NCBI GenBank assembly: GCA_963726195.1
Contig: CAVSBO010000014.1
Coordinates: 1-15,054 of the forward strand
Origin: Candidatus Thorarchaeota archaeon
GTDB taxonomy: Archaea; Asgardarchaeota; Thorarchaeia; Thorarchaeales; Thorarchaeaceae
Direction: 5' to 3'
Length of the DNA: 15,054 nucleotides
The translations under genes were made by a program, and so were the position numbers. The notes beneath the pieces were generated by a model that did no database searches, was not told the DNA's origin, and worked only from the letters and a program-made list of their open reading frames with translations. Below, in pieces: positions 7,220 to 15,054 of this stretch. Each line of letters opens with the position of its first letter. Positions within the stretch are counted from its first letter, which is position 1.

Positions 7220-7936
7220 TCACGCACGTCCCTGATATTTGCTTGGGTCGGCAAGATAGGCTGAGATTGTGGTGTAATCCTCGGGCGGCATGAGATCCTT
7301 TATCATTGGCAGGCCTTCGTCCATGAACTTGATCAATGTGTGCAGCTGCATGCCCGAGGCCTTCGCGCGATCACCTGCGCCTTGCTGTCTATCAATGAGA
7401 ACTGCCACATCATCGCATTTCACATTCTTGGTTCCGCGCTTCTCAAGTTCAGACATGACCTGAGTGCGGGCCATCAGCTTGGCGTCGAGTTGGGTGACCA
7501 AATCATCAACCAAGCAAAGCCTGTCGCCCTCTTCGACTTCGCCCTCGAGGAGCGAGTGCTGGCCGTACTGAGCCAACGCCTTCTGCAGCTCCTCATCCGT
7601 CGTCACGCCCACAAACTTTCGAGTATGACACGCTGGAATGCCAGATACGATGGACAGAGCTGTTGCTATTGGAACTCCTGCAAACGCGATGCCCACTAGT
7701 CTGTTGACGTGAGGGGCCTCCTTCTTCAGCATAAGGGACATGGCCTCGGCGACCTTCTTCAAAGTGGCAGGGAAGGAGTTTAGAACACGGAGCTGAATGT
7801 AGAACGGGCTCCACACACCGGACAGCAGCTTCCAACCCTCAGGACGATCGCGTCTCGCCGTCAGCAGCATTCGGTTCTCGTAGATATCGCGCATTATCTC
7901 TCGTTTGAGGTTGCGGAGATTCCTGCTCTCGGCCAA
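7220..7936 (-). CDS. pyrE: Orotate phosphoribosyltransferase-like type I PRTase
   Basis: WKLLSGVWSPFYIQLR, GIAFAGVPIA, TRK..YGQHSLLEG, PRPP loop LVDDLVT, VLIDRQQG. Confidence 0.85.
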   Translation of the reverse strand: MAESRNLRNLKREIMRDIYENRMLLTARRDRPEGWKLLSGVWSPFYIQLRVLNSFPATLKKVAEAMSLMLKKEAPHVNRLVGIAFAGVPIATALSIVSGIPACHTRKFVGVTTDEELQKALAQYGQHSLLEGEVEEGDRLCLVDDLVTQLDAKLMARTQVMSELEKRGTKNVKCDDVAVLIDRQQGAGDRAKASGMQLHTLIKFMDEGLPMIKDLMPPEDYTTISAYLADPSKYQGRA

Positions 7937-7995
7937 GGTTCACGCCCGAGGAAGGAAAAATCCGTCAGCTCTTAACTCTAGTCTCAGAACTCTCA

Positions 7996-9114
7996 TCATT
8001 GAGGTGCCCCAGAGTCTTGACGACGATATCTACCACTGAAAACCAGAGAGAGCGCCCTGTTCCTTCTGATCAAACGGCTGGCAAGGACAAATGAGAGTGG
8101 GACACCAAGCACAAAGCGCGCCAGCCACAGACAATTACTGATATCAGTGTTTGTAGTCAAGGAAATGCCCAGGATGGCTGCGAGTATCGGAATCAGGTAG
8201 AATGTCAGAGGATGAACTTCGTATACCTCCTGAGACACTCCGCCAAGAGCGGAGAGGCCCCTGCCCGGTGCTGAGGACTTGTGAAGCAAGCTGGAAACCT
8301 GAAATACTAGAAGACAGCCCGATGTCCCTGCGGCCAAGTAGAACCAGATACAGGCCCCGTATCTGTCCACGGCCATGTCAGTGAATCCATTGAGCTGAGA
8401 AAACGTCAGAACAAGAATCGCGAGTGCTAGAATGCCAACGATGTTCTTCGCAACCGACCGACTTGCCAAGGGTTTCAAATCTCTAGATTGGCGCAGCTCG
8501 TTTCCGATTAGCACAAATGCTGCGGCAATGAGGACTGAACTGAATCGCCAAGGAACAAGGACTGGGCGGAAGAATGACCAAATCGCATCTGCGGCGAGTA
8601 AGAGGAGTACCAACACGGCCCACTTGGAACCTCTCGGCAGGCGGTACGTCATCTTGTCAATCAGTGCAAACACCATCAGTCCGAAATATAGCACGGGAAG
8701 AAACCAGAGATGGCTGGCGGAGTTAGGGGGACCATTCCCGTAGAGGAACCAGAACATGACTTGATCTGGTGTCAAGGAGGTGTCGACGACTGGCGAAAGT
8801 GGGATGAACAGCACTATCATGATTACGTACAGCGAGAAGTATGGGATGAGAAGAGCGCGCGCCCTGGATTTGGCCAGCCCTCCAAGGTGGGCTCTGTGTC
8901 TCTCATTGTCATATGTAAGTCCGGTGAGCATGAAGAAGATGGGAATTGTGAAGCTGCTGAGGTGAGTTGTAACCGGGTTGATGTCTGGAATCATGGAATG
9001 AACAAGAATCACAAATGTGACGCCGATGCCCTTTGCAATCTCAATCCATCCGGCACGTTCCTCTGCGAAGGGCGGGCCTTCCGATGATGAACCTCGATCG
9101 ACTTCGGTTATCAC
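7996..9114 (-). CDS. Acyltransferase family 3 (OafA-like multi-TM O-acyltransferase)
   Basis: RAGWIEIAKGIG..VILVHS, FTIPIFFMLTG, RALLIPYF, HLWFLPVL, S..VYEVH; about 10 hydrophobic segments. Confidence 0.9.
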   Translation of the reverse strand: MITEVDRGSSSEGPPFAEERAGWIEIAKGIGVTFVILVHSMIPDINPVTTHLSSFTIPIFFMLTGLTYDNERHRAHLGGLAKSRARALLIPYFSLYVIMIVLFIPLSPVVDTSLTPDQVMFWFLYGNGPPNSASHLWFLPVLYFGLMVFALIDKMTYRLPRGSKWAVLVLLLLAADAIWSFFRPVLVPWRFSSVLIAAAFVLIGNELRQSRDLKPLASRSVAKNIVGILALAILVLTFSQLNGFTDMAVDRYGACIWFYLAAGTSGCLLVFQVSSLLHKSSAPGRGLSALGGVSQEVYEVHPLTFYLIPILAAILGISLTTNTDISNCLWLARFVLGVPLSFVLASRLIRRNRALSLVFSGRYRRQDSGAPQ

Positions 9115-9152
9115 TCCGAACCTCTTCTCCGAGAGCGCTGTGCTTCGACAAG

Positions 9153-9160
9153 CTTTTTAA
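9153..9160 (+). promoter_or_regulatory. TATA-like box for tRNA-Gly (possibly bidirectional with the acyltransferase)
   Basis: CTTTTTAA about 27-34 nt upstream of the tRNA. Confidence 0.45.
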
Positions 9161-9186
9161 CGTGCTCGACCTGAAATCCAAGGCGG

Positions 9187-9290
9187 GCGCTCTTTGTCTA
9201 GGGGCTAGATGCTTGAGCTAATCGGCATCACCCACATGATGGATCCCTGCCACGGATCCGGCGCGGGTTCAAGTCCCGCAGAGCGCACCA
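9187..9290 (+). tRNA. tRNA-Gly(GCC) with non-canonical D-loop intron (about 9207-9235, position ~20a/21)
   Basis: GCGCTCT/AGAGCGC-ACCA; GATCC-CTGCCAC-GGATC; GCGGG-TTCAAGT-CCCGC. BHB: GGGG/ACCC helix, bulges CT|A and AC|A, outer helix GATGCT/GGCATC. Confidence 0.92.
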
Positions 9291-9630
9291 TTCTCTATAT
9301 GTATCGTGAAAGCCCAAACGTCCATAGGTCGAACCCTTCGTTTCTCAGCCGTCATGAAATCGACGTCTCCTCCGTAGGCTGTATCGAGACATATGAGTCG
9401 CGCTTCTCTGGGTTCCAAAGGTACCGGCGTAATACCCTCTTTTCGTCGAGAGCCCTCAAGAAAAACCGCAACTCAAGGTCTGGCATATCAGAAATACCGA
9501 GTCGCTCTTGAACTGAGACGTACACCTTAGTTCGCACGCGTCTGGAAGCCTTTGCTGCTGACAGTAACAGCGAGGCAGAAGCTTTAAGATTAAGGAATAG
9601 CACAAAGCGTGCACGTGTGTTGGGGGGTCG

Positions 9631-11262
9631 TTGACATTGAATAAGATTGTTCTTACAGTGCTAGTTCTCCTCGTCCTTTCCATGACTGCTGTTCCTGTCG
9701 CTGCCAGTGCAACAAGCGGTGGTGGTCATAAGAATACTGGAGCAACGCAACGGACCAATTCGACGTTGGGTGTTACTACGCCGATTTCCATGAGTGATGT
9801 CAAAGATACCTTTGTGAATCTGCCAACTGAAAGCAACAGGTCGCAGAGCTCTGCTCCCGTAGTCGTGGCACCTGTAGCAAAGGGTAATCTGTCGATGTCT
9901 TCCACCATCTACTCTCAGTATTTGTCAATGGGACAATACATGCCCTGCGTAACTGTGGCAAGGGTAACGAAACATCTCTGGGTATACAATGGGTTCTTCT
10001 CTCCCACTCCTTTGTTGGTGAGCTTTGCGTTCTCCAATCCTGATGAACAATACCCCCGATATTTCCGAGTATATGTTGATGGGTCGAAGGTATGGGAGCA
10101 GGTGGTCCAAACTACGCGCCTCGAAGGGGCGTTCTGGCAGAGCCTTGCAAATGGTATGCACGAGTTCATTTTCGAGGTTTACTATGGTGGTTATGCAAGA
10201 GGTTGGGCACTTGAATACGCAGAGATACAAACAGACCAAGCTATAACCTTGGAGACGTCCGCAGAGCTCGCCCACAATCAGTTGTTTCCTCTTGTTGGCA
10301 TTGCGCAGATTGTGAAGTTTGTTTACGTGGGGGACCTGATAAACAGTCTAAATGAAATGGTACATGTGGCTGTCTCTTCACAGGACATATACAGCCGCTA
10401 TTTGCGCATCAGAGTAAACGACGCCTTAGTATATCAGGTCGTGATATACAAGTCATACGAAACAAGCGTTGATCTGTCGCAGTATATAACACAGGTTGGA
10501 ATCTCGAAGATGACCATAGAGATTCAGTATGCAGGGTACATGCAGTGGAATCTCGTGTATCTCGCAGTGGAAAGGACTGTATCCAAGTATGTTCCTGTGG
10601 CTCTTTCATTGACGCTGTCGTTTGAGTGGTTTCCCGACACAAACTACCTGAACGATTTCATTGCAGGTCTCAGATTCTTCGTAAATCACTGTTGGGATGG
10701 CTTCGAACAGCAAGTCATTATAACGCGAATTGATGTATATCAAGGTGGGTCGATGTGGAACTCAGCCAACATACGCGTTCACTCAGCTAATAACTTCAAC
10801 CCATATTCAAGGGTGTACGCGCCAAGAGACCAACAAGGGAATCCCATACAAGGCGCTTTTCGTGGGCTTCAAGAGATTCACTTGCCCAGGTACTGGCCCA
10901 ATGACTTCTCAACATGGACGACATGGCCAAGTTACTTAGCAATCACTCACGAACTAGCCCATGCCTTCTTCAATGTAGTTGATGAAGGCGTTGGAGGCCA
11001 CCCGGAGATAGAGTGCCGGTCATGGTACGAATGTGTTTCTATTATGGACTATGTACCAAGGCCGTTCATGTTCGAAAAGACAGAGTTCTGTGTTCGCATC
11101 AATCACGATCCTGATGGAGACACGCCACAGACCGCGTGGTGGTGGGGGTGGTCCTGCTGGGAGACAATAGCATACTTCAACGCTGAGATGTACGAGCCCT
11201 TCGTAGTATACAGTACTCCGCAGACTGTGGCATCCAGTTACATGCAGGTTATCGTACATTAG
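9631..11262 (+). CDS. Secreted zinc metalloprotease: signal peptide, S/T linker, two tandem beta-rich repeats, C-terminal CLCA_N-like domain
   Basis: Signal MTLNKIVLTVLVLLVLSMTAVPVAA; HELAH-x6-DE (10948-10986); SIM...EFC...NH......Q.......SCWETI matches the CLCA protease signature. Confidence 0.85.
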   Translation: MTLNKIVLTVLVLLVLSMTAVPVAASATSGGGHKNTGATQRTNSTLGVTTPISMSDVKDTFVNLPTESNRSQSSAPVVVAPVAKGNLSMSSTIYSQYLSMGQYMPCVTVARVTKHLWVYNGFFSPTPLLVSFAFSNPDEQYPRYFRVYVDGSKVWEQVVQTTRLEGAFWQSLANGMHEFIFEVYYGGYARGWALEYAEIQTDQAITLETSAELAHNQLFPLVGIAQIVKFVYVGDLINSLNEMVHVAVSSQDIYSRYLRIRVNDALVYQVVIYKSYETSVDLSQYITQVGISKMTIEIQYAGYMQWNLVYLAVERTVSKYVPVALSLTLSFEWFPDTNYLNDFIAGLRFFVNHCWDGFEQQVIITRIDVYQGGSMWNSANIRVHSANNFNPYSRVYAPRDQQGNPIQGAFRGLQEIHLPRYWPNDFSTWTTWPSYLAITHELAHAFFNVVDEGVGGHPEIECRSWYECVSIMDYVPRPFMFEKTEFCVRINHDPDGDTPQTAWWWGWSCWETIAYFNAEMYEPFVVYSTPQTVASSYMQVIVH

Positions 11263-12594
11263 GTGAGGAGTTGCTTACTGAAAGTGAGCCTCGCAAGAAT
11301 TGGCACACGCAAACAGACAGCTTGTGTTCTGGTCTTCGCGGTCATAGCTACAACGGCATTCTGGCTTCTGCCTGTGACTGCGACCTATGTTGACACGAAT
11401 GCATACCATGTTCTTGTTGTGCCGTTGCGGGACGGAGTAGTTTACCAGAATATGCAGGTCGGAGACCTCAACTCTGACGGGCTCGACGACATTGTGTTAA
11501 CTGGCCACCAATCGCTGGAAGTTGTCCTCCAGAACTCAAGCGGGAACTTCGAACTAAGACCCGCAGTATTCCAAGGGGAAACCTATGGTCGGTTTGTCCT
11601 GACCGACCTCAATGGTGATGGCAGCCTCGACATATGTTGCAGGAACGGTTCTTCGTCGCTTGTCCTTGCTTTCAACGACGGAAATGGCAGCTTCGCAAAC
11701 AGGACGGTCATCGGAATAGGTACGGATACAATCAAGGACATCGTTGTTTTTCACCCCACTAATCTCACAATGTCTATGTTTGCAGTGACGACAATTGGTG
11801 CTCCAGGTGAAATGGCCTTAGTCATACTCTCAAGTGACGGTCATGGACACGTTCATGTTCAGGCGACGGCCAACCTTGCGGAATGGCCAGTCGACATTAG
11901 TGCTGGCGATTTCAACGGTGATACAAAAGACGAGATTGCAGTAATGGGCGATCGTGGGAACCTCAGTTTGATATCTTGGAACGGCTTGTCCTTCGGTGTT
12001 AGCAGTATCAATGCAAGCGGCCTAGCAGGTCTGTTCTATTCTGGATGGTTGCTGCCTATCCGGCTCAACGCTGACCCGTATTGTGATTTGGTGTTTGTGA
12101 CCGACACGGGTCCGGGGCGGCCCGGAAGTATCGCGTTCTTTCTAAGCACAGGGTCGGCTTTCTCTGAGACGCCATCTGTCAAGTCTCTCTCCGGACCCTT
12201 CTTGGGTGCGGGATATGCAGATCTAGATAATGATGGCGAGAGCGATATACTTCTCACTCAGCTTGGTGGAGGAACGCTTGCCATTGAAAACGACATGAGC
12301 GGGGCGCCAGCTCGTTACATGATACTTCCTAATATGGTGACTCCTCATTCCCCGGTAGCTTTGAAGTTGGCCGGTGCCAGTCTTCCCTCCGTCGCGGTGC
12401 TTTCTGAACGCTACTACGGCGATAACTGGATGCAGATTGTTGTATTCTCAAGGGCAAGCGGAATCCTGAGCGAAGCCGTCCCTTTTTCGAGCCAGTATCT
12501 CTACAACCTTCCTTTGCTCGTAGCGCAGTGGGCCACAATATTCATCTGGGTATCCTTGGTTGTCATGATAGTTGGAGGCCGGCTGCGGAGATGA
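11263..12594 (+). CDS. FG-GAP/VCBS-repeat beta-propeller with N-terminal signal/TM and C-terminal TM anchor
   Basis: GDLNSDGLDDI, DLNGDGSLDI, GDFNGDTKDEI, LNADPYCDL and DLDNDGESDI; C-terminal hydrophobic helix followed by GGRLRR. Confidence 0.9.
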   Translation: MRSCLLKVSLARIGTRKQTACVLVFAVIATTAFWLLPVTATYVDTNAYHVLVVPLRDGVVYQNMQVGDLNSDGLDDIVLTGHQSLEVVLQNSSGNFELRPAVFQGETYGRFVLTDLNGDGSLDICCRNGSSSLVLAFNDGNGSFANRTVIGIGTDTIKDIVVFHPTNLTMSMFAVTTIGAPGEMALVILSSDGHGHVHVQATANLAEWPVDISAGDFNGDTKDEIAVMGDRGNLSLISWNGLSFGVSSINASGLAGLFYSGWLLPIRLNADPYCDLVFVTDTGPGRPGSIAFFLSTGSAFSETPSVKSLSGPFLGAGYADLDNDGESDILLTQLGGGTLAIENDMSGAPARYMILPNMVTPHSPVALKLAGASLPSVAVLSERYYGDNWMQIVVFSRASGILSEAVPFSSQYLYNLPLLVAQWATIFIWVSLVVMIVGGRLRR

Positions 12595-12675
12595 TTCCCA
12601 AGAAGACGCCCTCCTGCGTGATTGAAGAATCGCCAATGACCAGATGGTCAAGGACGCCCAGGATGGAGACTTTCT

Positions 12676-12703
12676 CCGGGTTCGAGTCCCGGTGGTCGCA
12701 CCA
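12676..12703 (+). other. Orphan tRNA 3' end (T-arm + acceptor strand + ACCA); pseudo-tRNA or att remnant
   Basis: CCGGG-TTCGAGT-CCCGG-TGGTCGC-ACCA with a T-rich trailer. No pairing 5' acceptor or anticodon stem upstream, only the D-loop-like AGATGGTCAAGGACG. Confidence 0.75.
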
Positions 12704-12900
12704 TTTCTCATTCTGAACTGTGAAGAAGTCATGCCGCAGGAAAGCAATGATCCATCCTATCGCTTTGCACATGGACAGTCTTTGCGTAGTGTCAGCTACA
12801 CAATGCTTTTTTCCACGACGCTGGGACCAGCGCCTGAGATGCTGGCCTGTAACATCGGGGTCTCTTGATGCTCTGGGCTCGGTCATGATGAGGTATTGAA

Positions 12901-14929
12901 ATGAAGTCGCTAAAACACAATGGCATTCTGGTCATTCGTCCTCCCGAAGCCCATGGTCTCACTATACGTGCACGTGGCAGAGAGCTGACGTTGAACCCAC
13001 TCCAAGAGGAAATGGTGGTAGCTTGGGTGAAGAAGCTAGGCACGCCATATGTCGAGGACCCTGTTTTTGCCAGGAATTTCCTGGCTGATTTCAGCAAAGA
13101 ATTGGGTATCAAGCCGCCCCTGAAGCTTGAGGAAGTCGACTTCACTCCTGTTGTACAATTCGTTGAGAAGGATCGTCAGCGAAAGGAGAACATGACAAGC
13201 GAGGAAAAGAAGGCAGACCTAGAGCGGAGGAAAGCCGAGCGCGAGAGGATGAAACAGCTCTACGGCTATGCTACCGTCGATGGAGAAGCGATGGAGCTGG
13301 CAAACTACACGACTGAACCCTCGGGCATATTCATGGGACGAGGGCAGCATCCCCTCAGAGGTCGCTGGAAGCACGGTGCTCTTGAGAAGGACATCATCCT
13401 GAACCTTGACCCGAACTCTCCGAGACCGAAGGGCGATTGGGGCCAGATTGCTTGGGCGCCCGATTGTATGTGGATAGCAAGGTGGACTGACAAGCTTACA
13501 GGCAATGGGAAGTACATCTGGCTACACGATGCGACGCCGATAAAACAGGAACGAGAAGAGGCGAAGTTCGACAAGGCCCTCAAGATGGAAGTCAAGAGGG
13601 AGGAAATCCGTGCCCACATAATGGATGGTCTTCATTCAAGTGATCCCAAGAGGAGAGAGGTTGCAGCCGCGTGTTATCTGATTGATAGGCTGAGCCTGCG
13701 TGTCGGTGATGAGAAAGACCCCGATGAAGCGGACACCGTAGGTGCCACTACACTCAGGGCTGAGCACCTCGCATTCAAGAAAGATTCCGTCCTGTTCGAC
13801 TTCCTAGGCAAAGATAGTGTTCCTTGGCACAAGGAGCTTGAAATGCCTCCGGATGTCTATGCGGTCTTCAAAGAGCTGCATGACAAGGCGGTTGAGAGAG
13901 TTGATTCCTTCAAGACCCGCGCGAGCAGCAAGACCAGCAGCGACCCAAAGAAGGTTGCTCAGGTATTCTCGCGTGTGCGCAGTACTGATGTTAACAAATT
14001 CCTTGGTGAGATAGATCCAGACCTGACTGCCAAGGTCTTCAGGACTCTTCGTGCGACCGTCACGATTCGAGATGAGCTCGGAAAAAGCGGTGTCAAGCGC
14101 AGCGACATGGATTTCATCAAGCGGACAGCGTTCAAGCGAGCGAATCTTGAGGTTGCTCGAGTAATGAACCACACGAAGCAGGCCCCAAGAGGCTGGGCTG
14201 CGACTGCGAAACGCTATGAATCAAGAATCGGGGTCGCCGAAGAAAGGGTCGCCAAAGCGAAGAAACAGTTCGATGAAAAGAAGCGCCGGCTAGCTGATGT
14301 GAAAAGAAAGCAGGCACCCGGGCTCGCGAGGGCTGACGAGCTTGTCTCAAGGCAGAAACAGACTTGTCGAGAAGTACAAGGACTCTGTCTCTCGATGGAG
14401 AGAGAGGCGCGACAAAGCAAAGGTTGCTTGGGATAACGCTCGAGACGACAAACATCGTACGAGAGTCAGTAGGCGCAAGGGCAAGAGGACCAAGAAGGAG
14501 CGACTTGAAGAAGCTGAAAACCGGGTGGACAATCTGAAGCTGAGGCTGGACAAAGCCGAGGAAGGGCTCGTGAAAGCACGCGAAAGGTACGAGAAGAGCC
14601 GAGCTGCTCTGGAGAAGAAAACGGCGGCCCTTGCTTTCTCCAAGCAGAAGTCAGCTGAGCAGGTTGGCCGAGTCGAGAAGACGGTGAACACGTTCAAGAA
14701 TCGAGTCAAGAAGGCCGATGCTGCAAGACAGAAGCTTCAAGATGATTACGACATCGCAAAGAGCACACGCACGTGGAACTTGGGTACATCGCTCAAATCG
14801 TACATCCACCCCAGAGTCGTCTATGACTGGTGCAGAAAGGTGGACATGGACTGGCGGTCCGTCTACTCAAAGACACTCCAAAGGAAGTTCACATGGGTCG
14901 AGCAACCTCGCATCCGTGCTGCCTCATGA
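12901..14929 (+). CDS. top1: DNA topoisomerase IB, eukaryote-like, with a frameshift near 14355-14365
   Basis: LKHNG, EPSGIFMGRGQHPLRG, LRVGDEK..DEADTVGATTLRAEH, FDFLGKDS, TAKVFRT, NH, and GTSLKSYIHPR (catalytic Tyr at 14801) in the second frame. Confidence 0.93.
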
Positions 14930-15029
14930 TAATGAACAGGTGCTTGTGCCCTCGTACGGAGCACATCTAGCCCCTGACCGTATAGCAATGCCATCGTAAT
15001 CCGAGGGCTAAGTGAGAAAGAGGATGAAG

Positions 15030-15054
15030 TGGTGCGACTGCCGGGAATCGAACC
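15030..15054 (-). tRNA. 3' end of a tRNA cut by the window edge (Gly-like acceptor; identity unconfirmed)
   Basis: Reverse complement GGTTCGATTCCCGGCAGTCGCACCA. Confidence 0.7.

Larger units (their letters stand above)
9291..12703. mobile_element. Possible tRNA-anchored genomic islet (no integrase visible)
   Basis: Bounded by the tRNA-Gly 3' end and a similar orphan tRNA 3' end in direct orientation (22/28 identity). Accessory cargo; appears more AT-rich by eye. Confidence 0.35.

Noticed and set aside
9352-9603. Short minus-strand ORF as an integrase remnant
   Set aside because: No recognisable recombinase motif, and it overlaps the AT-rich promoter-like tract of 9631; unsupported.
14342-14436. 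Naturally split (bi-subunit) TopIB or programmed frameshift
   Set aside because: No convincing start/SD for the second ORF and no slippery heptamer; other indels suggest error.

Overview
Archaeal chromosomal window, most consistent with an Asgard (Thorarchaeia-like) genome. That assignment is inferred from the BHB-intron tRNAs with encoded CCA, a eukaryote-type topoisomerase IB and TATA-like promoters. The backbone carries tRNA-Phe(GAA, two introns), dUTPase, tRNA-Val(GAC), two hypotheticals, a degenerate ferritin-like protein, PyrE, an acyltransferase-3, tRNA-Gly(GCC, D-loop intron), TopIB and a partial tRNA at the right edge. There are three accessory modules. (1) 1-2730: a frameshifted membrane/surface protein plus a small 2-TM gene, followed by a diverged, internally deleted second copy, resembling a polymorphic-toxin/orphan-cassette layout; both copies share an in-frame TGA. 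(2) 2899-4312: two paralogous radical-SAM-like domains with an atypical Cx10Cx3C motif, separated only by an in-frame TAG; the second collides head-on with a truncated PSTK/KTI12-like kinase at a tRNA T-loop-like 11-mer. (3) 9291-12703: a secreted CLCA-type zinc metalloprotease plus a membrane-anchored FG-GAP propeller, lying between tRNA-Gly and an orphan tRNA 3' end. Single-base frameshifts in conserved genes (TopIB, 5437-5957) suggest indel sequencing errors, so pseudogene calls are tentative.
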